NCBI RefSeq assembly: GCF_006345805.1
Contig: NC_043008.1
Span: forward strand, 18,352,001-18,416,000
DNA: 64,000 bases
Direction of reading: 5' to 3'
Source: Octopus sinensis
Taxonomy: Eukaryota
Position numbers and translations under genes: made by a program. The notes beneath the pieces were generated by a model that saw only the letters and a program-made list of their open reading frames with translations, searched no databases and had not been told where the DNA came from. Below, in pieces: positions 51,471 to 64,000 of the stretch. Numbering within the stretch: position 1 is the first letter of the stretch; the number at the start of each line of letters is the position of its first letter.

Positions 51471-52289
51471 AATTATTAAGTTTCATTTCAAAATTTCTCG
51501 CCAATAGAGGAGCTGTCTTCTAACCAAGACCCAAGGCTCCTCCGCTGGAATTCTTGCCACATGAAAAGAGTATTTTTACATGTATATGTGTATATGTGCA
51601 GTATTTGGAGTGAGGGCATGTGTCGATTTGTATGCCTTGATTATATATGCATGTGTTTATGTATAGATCTGTGTGTGTGTGCGCGTTTGTGTGTCAAAGT
51701 CAGCGCGTATTTATGTGTGTGTGTTTGTGCGTGAATGTGCGCATGTGCGTTTGTTTGTGTTACTTCCCCCTACTACCGCTTCCAACAGTTGTTTGTTTGG
51801 TTGCCACACCGTGATTTAGTGTTTCGCCAAATGAGATCTGATTGAATAAAGTACCAGGATTAAAAATAAGCGTCAAGGGAGAATTTGTTCGATTAAACTC
51901 TTGAAGAGGTGCACTAGCATGGCTGCAGTCCAATGATGGAAACAAATAACAACATAAAGGTTAAAACATAGGGAAATGATCACCGGCACGGCTGTGATTT
52001 TAAAACACATGGCTTTGGGCCCAATCCAGGTCCGTGGAAGAAGGCCAACTATCTTCTACCACACATTTCAGACCATAGTAGAAATGAGATTTTTGTGCAA
52101 AACTTGGTCGACGTAAAGGCAGATGAGCTGCTTCTAATTTAGGATGATAGACTGAAGCGGCCGTCTTGCTTTTTATTGCCATATGGTGGTAAACTCCATG
52201 TCTCTATCTGTTCAGTTGTAAGTGTCCAAAGTAGTTTTCAGTCTGAGTTTAACATATATCATCTTTGTAGCAGACATCGTTTCTTTGAA

Positions 52290-53182
52290 AAAGATCATGG
52301 ACAAATCTCTCCATTGATGGTGTGACCCTTTTGAAGACAGTCAATAAAGACAATACTTTTGCATCCGAAAAAATTAAGGCCATTATCTTCGCTGCAGATG
52401 AAACGACCTTGACCGTCTTCGTAGTAGGTGAAAAGGAGCGTTTCCACTATATGGATTGCCTCTTTGTCTCTGGTCTCTGATTCAAAGTGATGAAACCAAC
52501 ACTCATATTCGGTTAGGAATCGTTCAAGGAAACCAGACGGATCTGCCTGAAACAATTCCAAACTTTCCAGTAATGCGATCAGCCTGGTGTGCTTTTGATC
52601 AAGTGTCAGAAGACGGGGCACTCATCCATCAGAAACGTTCGTCATGCCAAGTTAAATGCACAGAGTGTTTTCAACTCTCTATATACATCTATATTCATCT
52701 ATGCTAATAGCCAATGCTATTAGCATATCCTCTTTAATGTCATCTTCTTGTAATCCATCACAATGTGGTGAATATAATCAATAGTTTCCGCGGTGGTGGC
52801 ATTTTTAGAACGTCCAGACCTTTTGTTGCCGTCAACGCTCACCCTTCCATCCTAAATTCATCTCCCCACATTTGCACTGTTGACATTTCTGGAGCGTAAG
52901 CCCCTGATGTAGCAACCATGCCAGAATGAATGTCATTGGGCTAAGCCCTTTTCCTGCAGGTATTTGATAACAGACGATGACAAATTTTGTCCATTTTCAG
53001 GAGAAGTCACCCCTAGTTACTTCCAAATCCTTCATTGAGCTATCAGATATCAGTTCAAACGTAAAGTTAGGATGATGCAGTTATTACAAAAATTAAGGTG
53101 TTGAACTTAATACATGCAGGATTTCGCAGCTCTAGCATCATTACTTCATAGTCAGCCTATGAACTATGCAGCTCACCTTCGT
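52290..53182 (-). pseudogene. Mariner transposase pseudogene with 5' end, 3'-truncated
   Basis: ATG at 52994 MDKI..VIKYLQEKGL; STVQMW..EF; VPRLLTLDQKHTRL; FLERFLTEYECWFHHFESET; IVFIDCLQKGHTING. Multiple frameshifts. Confidence 0.88.
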
Positions 53183-53315
53183 ACTTGTTTAAATTAAAGT
53201 GTAGTTTATATCTAATAATTATGTTCTATAATGATCGTAATACGTTTTACTATTATTTCTTGGCCTGCTAGTTGAACTTTATGTCGTTTTCTTTGGTACT
53301 ATTACTATCGTGGAC

Positions 53316-53525
53316 AAGGCGACGAGCTGACAGAATTGTTAGCAGGCCGGGAAAAATGCTTCGTGGTATTGCGTCCGTCTTTACATTCTGAGTTAAACTT
53401 CCGTGGAGATTAATTTCACTGTTCAACCATTTTGGTGTCACTAAGTTTCTGTTGAGTCCTGGCGTCGGTGTAATCGACTGATCTCTTTCCTGAAATCACT
53501 GGCTCGGACCAAAATTTAAAATCAA
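53316..53525 (+). mobile_element. Degenerate SINE family B
   Basis: GGCGACGAGCTGACAGAATTGTTAGCAGGCCGGG...TTCTGAGTTAAACTTCCG. Confidence 0.65.
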
Positions 53526-53819
53526 TGTTAATAGCCGTCAGTTACGAACACACAACCAATTAAATAAATAACTTGCTTATCATCAACTTCAGTTTAAGGT
53601 TCTTTTCACCATGAGAGAATTATTTCTGATACAAATTATAGCCTTATTGAAGTAATTTTACCCGAGTTGACGCATTTCTGCAATTCCCTTCTCAAATTCT
53701 TTAATTTATCTCAAGGGTTACAGAATTAGAGCCAACTGGAATCGAACCCTCCACTCAATCAAACCCTTTTTCATCGTCGCCAAAGTCAATAATCTACTTT
53801 CTCATAATATTATGAATTG

Positions 53820-53975
53820 CCATACGTCAGACAAAATGAGTGCTTAGCGGCATTTTGTTCCAGGTTCATTTTATGTGTTCAAATTTTGCCTAGCTCGACT
53901 TTACCTTCCATCTTTTTGGGGTAGCTCGATTAGCCCGCTTTCACCAAAATGTCAGGCCTTGTGCTTCTAGTAGAT
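53820..53975 (+). mobile_element. Degenerate SINE family B fragment
   Basis: GCTTAGCGGCATTT...GTTCAAATTTTGCC...CAGGCCTTGTGCTTCTAGTAGA. Confidence 0.55.
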
Positions 53976-54829
53976 AGAAACATAATACTTTGGCATATAT
54001 AACTACTAGGTTTAGTTTTCTGTATTCACATGGTTTATGTTCTAAATACATATCTCACTGATGAGAGTCTACGAAACACTCTGTTCTGATGTCTTCCACA
54101 ACTTTACAAATTCTCTACACCCTCAGACTCTAACACGATTCGAAAGAAAACAATACAATAACTATTATGACGCAAATCATAAGAAAATATTGTTCATTCG
54201 TCTAAGAATTAAATCCACAATTATTTTTTTATAATAGTCGATGAACGTTGAAATATTTTGTAAGGAGTTATGTACCATAGCTAAAGTGAAATAGCTGAAA
54301 CAAGGGAACAAAGTTGGATCGTAAAACAAGACTGTAAAGCTACACATTCTTCTAAAGATTCTTACAACAAAAATATTAAGAAATATCATCACAGTCTTTT
54401 AAATGTAATGAAAACATTGTGTACATTAACATATGTAGAACATTGAGATTAAAGTGCGTAATCTAAATATTTCCTCTGTTGTGAAATGTTTTAATGTTAT
54501 ATGCAACATTATACATCTATTTGTGAGTAATCAATATAGCATTAATGAAAATTTGGAAATTTCTCGACTAATTATTCTCAACTGAAATAGTAATTAAATT
54601 CAGAAAGCACAGAACCTTAAAGAGCAGAATGGTTTGGCATGTAGATCATTCCGTAATTCCAGCTGGAATAGTTAACAATATATCTTACAGTGTTAACTAC
54701 ACATCGTATAGTGTTATATACACAGAATCATCTCCCGAGAATTATCTGCAACGCTATTATACATGTACAAATATTCATACCAAACACGCAGTAACTCCTA
54801 CGTCTCGATCTCTTTCTCATTTATCTATC

Positions 54830-54921
54830 ACTATCTCTCTCTCTCTCTCTCTCACTTCCCTCTGTTCTTCGGAGTATACATACACACACACACACGCACC
54901 TATATATATATATATATATAC

Positions 54922-54961
<40 letters not shown>

Positions 54962-55068
54962 CGTGTGCGTGTGTGTATACATATATATATATGTATATAT
55001 ATATGTATATATATATACTTATATATATATATGTATATATATATACATACACACACATATATATATAC

Positions 55069-55099
<31 letters not shown>

Positions 55100-55128
55100 C
55101 AAATATACATACATATATATATACACAC

Positions 55129-55177
<49 letters not shown>

Positions 55178-55194
55178 CATACATATATACATAC

Positions 55195-55226
<32 letters not shown>

Positions 55227-55227
55227 G

Positions 55228-55293
<66 letters not shown>

Positions 55294-55400
55294 ACACGCG
55301 TGTGTGTCTGTATTTGTGTGTGTGTGACTGTGAGCGTACGTGTGTTTGTGTGTCTTTGTTTTGATAGATAGATCGACAGAGAGATAGAGAGGTCGATATA
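54830..55400. repeat. (CT)n/(TA)n/(TG)n/(TACA)n microsatellite block
   Basis: Direct reading. Confidence 0.92.
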
Positions 55401-55748
55401 GATACTGATATATTCTGCAGAGTTCATAAATATTTATAATCAAACCGTGAGTGATTCTCTACTGCACTTAATTTAACTCTATGATCTTTCATAAATTTTT
55501 CATGAATGGAAAGTGATTCCCAAATTCTCGATGATGTTGCTCTTTATTAGTCGTAAGTAAACTCGATTCTTATATATTGAGATAGGTAACGAGGTCGAGG
55601 ATGGTGTAGCTCTCATTCATTTGTAAAGAGACTTCCTAGCCAAGGTATATATTAATCTAGAAAATTGGTTACTCAACACGGATCCCAATCGCAAATTTTA
55701 ATTCGAAAAGCTTGTCTCGCGATACATAGTCGGCTCATTCTTCGCTAA

Positions 55749-56043
55749 ATGACTTCAGGAAACATTTTTTCACGCTGAGAGTTGCTGAAGCATGGAACAA
55801 ACTGCCGGCATCAGTTGTTAGTTGTCGGAGCACTGCATCCTTCGAAACTGCCATGCTTCCTGAGATTCGCCAACACTACACCTGATTTTCTCCCCTCCAT
55901 ACACACACAAGCATGTATCTGACTCATACGTTGTTCGCTTTCAAGACATTTCTACATTTCTGCATGTACTTTATATGCACTTTCTGACAAGTTGTGGTGC
56001 ACCTGAGCACTGTATACAGTTAATTTCATTATTATTATTATTT
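55749..56043 (+). mobile_element. 3' end of a third CR1-like LINE with (TTA)n tail
   Basis: DFRKHFFTLRVAEAWNKLPASVVSCRSTASFETAMLPEIRQHYT* (cf. FF..RV...WN.LP..VV), 3' UTR, ATTATTATTA. Confidence 0.85.
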
Positions 56044-56563
56044 TTAAATGAAATGCACGGTTTTGGCTACTGGGATTTTCTGAGAACTATCGCTGATTGC
56101 TTTATTGTCTTCAGCTTATTCAGATATGCAAATTCTACGGTTACACAGCCAGTTGGAATATGTTATAGCTAAGTCGATAGAATTCAGTATTATTTCGTCT
56201 CTAAGATACCAACTCCATCGCAATATGGAAGTGGGGGACTAAAAACTTTAGTTTTTCTTAGTCCGAATCATGTACAAATATTGAGCCTTTTGCAGTCTTC
56301 GGAAACTGTCAGATGGCGTAGCGATTTTCAGTGCAGTACGCATTTGGAAATGCGGTGAGTTAAACACTATCTTGTATACATTTGCTTTTCACCCAATCCC
56401 AATATCTTATGTCATTCTTCTTTCTCATCGTTTTTACAGATTATTTCTACGATGCACTATTTCGTAGATAAAAGTATTTTAAATTGCATCATGACTTTAT
56501 AGACACGCTGTGAATATCTATATCTATATATATATATATGTCTGTGTGTGTGTTTGTGTATGT

Positions 56564-56595
<32 letters not shown>

Positions 56596-57204
56596 AAATG
56601 TCTAGGTATATATGATTGTATACATGTATATATATGTGTGTATATGTATGCGTGCATACATACATATGTAAGTGCGTATAGATACTCACGTACGTACATA
56701 TACTTAGATAAATAGACAGGCAGAGAGAGAGGGAGAGAGATGGGGAGGGAGAGAGATGGAGAGGGAGAGAGATGGAGAGGGAGAGAGACAGATAGCGAGG
56801 GAGTCAAACACATTTATATACATTCAACTTGTTATCAACTTCGCACTTCGAAAATTAACAAGTTTAAAATTAACTTATATATTAATTATTAATCACATCA
56901 TCATAAATGCAACGTATGTAAATTCAATCTAGCCACCTTAACAAAGTTTGGGGTTGTGATTAATTTAAATAGTTAATTCATATAAAATATCTTCGTTACA
57001 AAAATAATAAGAGGTACTTCTGATATGACGTGTTACCGAAAAACAGGTAACGAATTAGAGGTCAGTCTTTCACGTGCAAGAATAAAATAATGAAATGCCT
57101 TCATGTCTTAAAGAAACGTATCTTAGGTTTATTATATTTTTAAATACACACGGTGCTGTGCATAAATATTTATTAAGGTATCCCTTCGTAAGTGCAAGCG
57201 TCGC

Positions 57205-57320
57205 TTTGTGGAAGAAACATTTTGCGCCCAAACCATTTGTTCTTGGGTTCAGTCCCACTTCAATGCATCACAGGCAAATATTTATTACTGTAGCTATACA
57301 ACTGGAAACTGAAAAAACCC
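57205..57320 (-). mobile_element. Degenerate SINE family A head
   Basis: Plus GGGTTCAGTCCCACT...CAGGCAAATATT...GGAAACTGAAAAAACCCGACG; orientation and boundaries approximate. Confidence 0.4.
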
Positions 57321-57947
57321 GACGCATATATATATATATATATGTATATATAGGCCTGCTCACTTAGCCAGCGGGGTGGCGTCATTTGAAGGCTAAAACA
57401 ATGCGAAGGGCATTGTGACCAGCGATGTGTAGCAACATCTGATAGCCTGGTCAGTCACGGTGATCACGGCGGTATATATATATTGTTATTGAGACCTAAA
57501 GGTGTCAGATAATGCTGAATAAGTGATATAGACAGAGCATAGTTAAGTTCCAAGTTCGGTGATTTTGCGAATAAGGGGTTCAACGCTGGTCATATGTAAG
57601 CATGTGTATATAATTTTTTTTCATAATGAGATAAAAAAAAAACAGGCTGAGTAGATTTTAGAACATTCTAAAGTCTACTCAGCCTTGGTTTTCTATCACA
57701 TTTCGAAAAAAAAATTATATATATATGCATGTACGTATGTACGTACATATTCATGTATGTATCTGTGTATGCATGCGTGTATGTATGCAGGTATATATAT
57801 ATATATATATATATATTAAATCAGGAGAACAGAGATTTTCCACATCTGTCATTTAATTAAGCAGTTATTACACCATTCTTTCTTGGACCTATGCATGTTT
57901 CAACTGCATCGACTGCTAAATGTGCATGCTGGTGTTCATGTCGGAAC

Positions 57948-58015
<68 letters not shown>

Positions 58016-58669
58016 ACATACATACATATAGAGTTTACTGTTCCGTTAAAGTAATTTCTAGAAAAAAGTACTCCATCCAGAATATTTAGTGTACACATTA
58101 TAATGATGTAAATTAACACTAAGAATTTATCGCATTTGAGACTCGTGTCAAGGCACGTTTTATGTGCCTCCAAGCAGTTCAAGGGCTCTGAACTCAAGAT
58201 CTGAGAACATTTATTGTGTGTGCGTGTGTGTGTGTTTGTGTGTATGTGTGTGTTTCTGTTTTTTGTGCGTGCTTGTGTTTCTGTTGTGTTTGTTTACATG
58301 CGTATGATCGATTTATTCGAGTAAATTTTTCGAGGTGGTGCCCCAACTTGGTTGCAGTCCAATGAATAAAAACAAGATAAAACCTATATATATATATATA
58401 TGTATATATGCTTATACTCCTTCAATATTTAAATTTATCAGTTTTTGGATATTATCTGATTTTATAATTTTAAGTATCATTTTATTTCTTTTTACGTACT
58501 TAATACATCATACAACTATTTTTTCATTCCTTTGCTTCTTTTTTTTCAACTGAGAGACTAATATCCGTAACCTTAGGGTAGTTCACACTTATTTCAACCT
58601 TTTAAGCATTAAATTAATACCATATACATCAAACGTCTTTTTTGAAGTTTATTGACTTACATAATATAG

Positions 58670-58688
58670 ATGTATATATAATATATAT

Positions 58689-58782
<94 letters not shown>

Positions 58783-59249
58783 TGAAAGGTATTCTTTATG
58801 TATTATAATATATTAATATTATATTATATTACATTTTATATTTGTGTGATTTGCAAAATATGATGTTCAAGAAAAGCATAACAAAAACGAAATGATATTT
58901 CCCCTATTTGTTATTACTTCGTGATACTACATACATATTCGTGACCTTATATATCTCCCATCAGCTTTCAACCTCTCCCCCATCACTCTCGGTCGCGTTT
59001 TGAACGTAATAGTGTGTGCATACGTATCTAAGTATGTATATATATATGTGTGTGTGTGTGTGTGTATGTGTGTGTATGTATGTATCTATATATATTTACA
59101 TACATATATATATATTTCTGTATGTATGTATTATCTATGTATGTGTTTATATGTGTATGTATGCCTGTATATATATATATATATATATAATATATATATA
59201 TATATTTATACATACAACAAATATATAAACGTAAGATATATATATATAT

Positions 59250-59320
<71 letters not shown>

Positions 59321-59390
59321 ATTGTATGTATATTCATATACATGCACGCAAAAGCACATACACAGACAAAGTCACACACATAGATGTGTG
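58670..59390. repeat. (TA)n/(TG)n microsatellite blocks
   Basis: Direct reading. Confidence 0.88.
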
Positions 59391-60181
59391 AGGTAATTTT
59401 CATGTATGTTATGAGCACCGTGTTTCAGTTTTTTGAGGTTGTGTATATTAATTATATATTAATTACATTAGTCTATAATATACACGCCATTCAAAAAGTT
59501 GTTGTCGATGAAGTATAGTATTTCTATTTGATCTCTCTTTGTTATAAGACAAAAATCTTGAAAATAATTTTTGAAATTACATATTTTATCATTACGTATT
59601 GAATAGATCTATGTATGTACAGTATCAAATTTATGTACAGTAGCAAATTCTACGATGTATTAAAACACGTTTACAACTAATGAGGTATCTTCAACATAAT
59701 TACGTGAATGGCATTAAGTACTAACAAAATTTCCCTCAAATCATTCTGAAGCTTTTTAAACGGTGAAATGCAGCATAGGATAATTTAAGCGTAGATATTC
59801 TAAGCGCGAGCACAACGCCTCACAGAATAGCTGAGGCCCTAAATCAGAAGCCTTGATGCTAAGAAAAAAGTATCAGGTTTAAGCATTCAGGGAGACTAGT
59901 ATGTACTAAAATGAATGCAAAATAATTAGAAAGAAACAGGTAATTAAGCTCACTGAATCAGCGGACATGCTTGCTCTGAGGCAGTAAGGAGGAAACTCTT
60001 TGGCTTTCTGAATTGCTCGCCTAATCTTATAAGAAAAATAAGTTTTATGATATTGCTGCTTGCTTCGATTCTTAGTGCTGTGGATAATATGTTGTGAATG
60101 TGATATAATTGTTAAATATCAAGCTAACCTGCCTTACCTATAAATGCTTGTTAGGTTGTGAGTTCAACAGTCAGTAAAATA

Positions 60182-60545
60182 TATTGGGTTGTCCGGAAAG
60201 TTCGTGCCGACTTTTAAAGGAAAGAAAAAGGTCAATAAATACTTGCCAATACATTTTTAATCAACCAAATATAAAGCATTTTGTTGCACAATGCGTCTCC
60301 ATCTTTCCTTTAACTTGAAAATACCCTCTTCCCAGAACTGAGGTGGTTTCCTGGCAAATAATTCATCAAGGTATCTTTTTACGTCATCCAAGGAATTGAA
60401 TTTTTTACCATTAAGACTATTCTGCAGAGACCTGAATAAGTGGAAATCCAAAGAAGCAATGTCTGGTGAATATAGAGGGTAGGGTAGCACATCCCAGCCA
60501 AGCTGCAGCAATTTTTGTCTGGTACTCAAATCATCAAGTATAGGC
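60182..60545 (-). pseudogene. Mariner transposase C-terminal fragment with 3' TIR
   Basis: LGWDVLPYPLYSPDIASLDFHLFRSLQNSLNGKKF...WEEGIFKLKERWRRIVQQNALYLVD*; TA-TTGGGTTGTCCGGAAAGTTCGTGCCGA end. Confidence 0.92.
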
Positions 60546-60565
60546 ACAAAGACACACACGTAGAC

Positions 60566-60606
<41 letters not shown>

Positions 60607-60776
60607 GGTTACTTTCAGTTTCCGTCTACCAAACCCACTCACAAAGCTTTGGTCAGTCCAAGTAAAAGACAAGATTTACAAAACTCCTTTGAAAGTGCAG
60701 GAGTACAAAATTACGTTACAAGATGGGCATCTTTAGTCAGAGTCGCTGATTTATAATAATTTGTTATTACTAAGTC

Positions 60777-61180
60777 AGCGAGGTGGCAAAAACGTTAGCA
60801 CGCCGGGTGAAATACTTAGCGGTACTTCGTCTGTCTTTACGTTCTGAGTTCAAATTCCGCCGAGGTCGACGTTGCCTTTCATCGTTTCGGGGTCGATTAA
60901 ATGAGTACCAGTTACGCACTGGGGTCGATATAATCGACTTAATCCGTTTGTCTGTACCTGTTTGTCCCTTCTGTGTTTAGCCCCTTGTGAGTAGTAAAGA
61001 AATAGGTATTTCGTCTGTCTTTACGTTCTGAGTTCAAATTCCGCCGAGGTTGACTTTGCCTTTCATCCTTTCGGGAACGATAAATTAAGTATCACTTGTG
61101 TACTGGGGTTGATCAAATCGATTGTCCACCTCCCTCAATATTTCGGGCCTTGTGCCTTGAGTAGAAATGAATAATTCGTT
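60777..61180 (+). mobile_element. SINE family B head-to-tail dimer with two different tails
   Basis: Unit 1 60777-61003; unit 2 restarts internally at GGTATTTCGTCTGTCTTTACGTTCTGAG (61005). Confidence 0.85.
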
Positions 61181-62099
61181 ATTACCACAGGTGAACCTCA
61201 TTGAATATTAAATCAATATCACATATTTAAATTTTAATTTTTGATATCACACCCAATCGCTTAACCCAGAAAAGGAAGAATTTTGTAGAGATGAGAAAAT
61301 TTTAGGATAAACTCTTGCTACGTTACTGAAGTTAAAAAAAAGGTCTAACGCGTTTAATATTTTATAGCGATCTCCCTTTTTAAAGAATTTAATGTTAAGT
61401 GGCATAACGCTTTAAAACATTTTTGGATATGATAAATTTAAGCATAGTAATAAAAATTATAAGTTGGGCCTTCTGTTATATTTTATAGTTGCATTTATCA
61501 CTTTTTTTTATATTTCAAAGCTTTCAACGGGCATGAGCCCTTCTGCAGTTAGGAAGACTACAGCAATATACACCATAGGTAAAACATGTTTTACAAGCAA
61601 ATTCAAGTGAGCAAGGTTTATCCATCAAAACATCAAAAGTTTTCTATGAGAATTAATCGAACAAAAACAAAAAAAAAAAAAACTACGAACAAATAAGGCA
61701 TGATAACGAAATGATAAAAGTGTCATTGCTCAAAGTATACTTCGTGAACTGAAAAGAGATTGAATCGATACCGACTTCTAAAAATCCTAGAATCCGATTG
61801 TAAATTGATTTATTTACAAATGACGTAATGTGCACCTTTTCTACTCTATTTAATAGCTTTCATCATCAGCTACTCTTTATAATACTTCTATTTTGTAACA
61901 TATGTTGAAATGAAAATACTTTTGCAGCAAATAACAACTCAGCATAAACATTAACCGACAGTATTCAATGCTTATGAAAGCATTCCACGTCTTCTACGCT
62001 TAGCGTAAATCTTTTTGTATTTATTTGGAAACAGAATAGCATTTGTTTCGTCATTAATATTCTTCTCTTCCTCTTATTATTCCTATTTATTACAAGCTC

Positions 62100-62290
<191 letters not shown>

Positions 62291-63271
62291 AAATATACAT
62301 TACATACTAATATAAACACGATGTTTATATTAAATGGAATGATGTATTTCATTTTGCTATTCGCCGCTATCAACAGCGCTTCATTTCTTAATATATATCA
62401 CGTTGCCACCTTCCTTCAACTAGTTCAGATTACTAGTCAAGGTAAATACTACCACTAGTTACCAATAGTTAATTTGATTTGATACTCTCTCTCAAATAAT
62501 CTATTATGCATACATACGTATACCAACATATTTATGCATATTTACATATATATTTATATGCATATATATGTGCATAGTTACACATACATCGAAACAAACA
62601 CACACACATATATATATTATATATCCATATGTATATATGCATGTGTGTAGTAATCGTGTGTTTCATTTATAGATCGCATAATGTGTCATTAAACATCCTT
62701 TATCCATATTAAGTTTACTTAAATCATTAGATACTGTAACGTCGCAGTCACTGATGTTTCAATTTCACTTAACATTCAGCCTACAGTGTCAGTCTTGTCA
62801 ATTACGTATATTTACACCGAGTATTGAGATTTCACCTCCTGCCGCAGTTGTTAACTTAAATCTTGCTACTAAATTGATGTAAACCATTCGGCATAGTGCT
62901 TATCAAACAATACTGGCTTAACAACGGACACGCGTGCTTACAAACACACATGCATACACAGCAAACAGACACATATGCTTATATGTATACGTGCATGTAT
63001 ATGAATATATTGCATTACAGAGAAATAGTGGGAGAAGGTGTCAGGTCATGCCACGGCCTTCAAAATTTTTATGGAAGCGTAAGGATCTCGTGGATCTACT
63101 TCTCTTCGGGTCTGACTTCAAATGATATCTTCCGAAAAGAGAGAAAGAGAGAGACAGACAGACAAACAGAGAGAGAGAACGTTAGAGAAAATGAAGAATC
63201 TATCGTAGTACAGGATTAAGCCGTCTTCTAAAATTACTGGTTTTGTGCCTCAATTTGCAACCAATTGCGCC

Positions 63272-63535
63272 AAGCTGGCAGAATCGCTAGTGCGTAGGTC
63301 AACATGAGACGTAGCATTTCTTCCGGCTCTTTAACGTTCTGAGTTCAAATCACGCTGAGGTCAACTTTGCTTTTTATCATTTGGAAGCCGAAACATAACA
63401 TAGCAGTTATGTGTTTACGCCCCCGTCACTCAGAGGTTCGGCAAAAGAGACCGATAGAATAAGTACTAGGAGGATTTTCTCGACGAAAGACGGTGCTCCA
63501 GCATGGTCGCAGTCAAATGACTGAAACAAATAGAG
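63272..63535 (+). mobile_element. SINE B head abutting SINE A 3' half
   Basis: AAGCTGGCAGAATCGCTAG...GTTCTGAGTTCAAATC then TGTTTACGCCCCGTCAC...CAGCATGGTCGCAGTCAAATGACTGAAAC. Confidence 0.7.
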
Positions 63536-63899
63536 GTGGGGGACATTTTCTATATCTTATGACACTGAAAGACAACAAATTGTGGAAATTATTGTATGGC
63601 TGAGAAAATTTCTTGGCAACGAGGTGGGTTTCATCCAATAGCGTGGCACCTTAAAAAAATACTCTAGTAAAGGGAGTCTCGTCAATAATCCATCATATAC
63701 ACATATATACATGAGACTGCTGGCCAGAAGTAGAACGACAGGATTGATAATATCCAAGCGAAATTAGTGGTTTCGATTTGATCGAATCCAAATTTACCAA
63801 AATCAAAAATGCACATTTAGACATGCGCAGGCATAGATTAATACATACATATGTGAGTATGTACTTATGTGAATGTATCAATATACATACGTATCTGCA

Positions 63900-63937
<38 letters not shown>

Positions 63938-64000
63938 AATATGATCAAGCCCTTTTAGAAATTGCGGTTATATCCCTTTAACCTTTTGAATTAAAAATTT

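Noticed and set aside
61850-61875. Minus CTGATGA-T-GAAA
   Set aside because: No stem II and no stem I complement; consistent with chance.

Overview
AT-rich animal genomic DNA, very likely coleoid cephalopod (Octopus). That call is inferred from the SINE/LINE families and the extreme density of (TA)n, (CA)n, (GATA)n and (TACA)n microsatellites. No intact host protein-coding gene is supported: most ORFs in the supplied track are translated microsatellites and the rest are transposon relics. The window contains CR1-like, RTE and R4/Dong-like LINE fragments, three decayed Penelope-like (PLE) RT relics, at least four tRNA-derived SINE families, mariner pseudogenes and several MITEs. The most interesting signal is a set of type I hammerhead ribozyme (HHR) motifs. 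One is a non-coding, hairpin-rich 473-bp tandem unit at 8454-9350 with a minus-strand HHR in each copy (retrozyme/PLE pseudo-LTR-like, predicted ~472-nt self-cleaved monomer or circle). A second, canonical HHR lies at 31909-32008, and there are several decayed HHR-like cores. Family names come from manual motif recognition and were not checked by database search.
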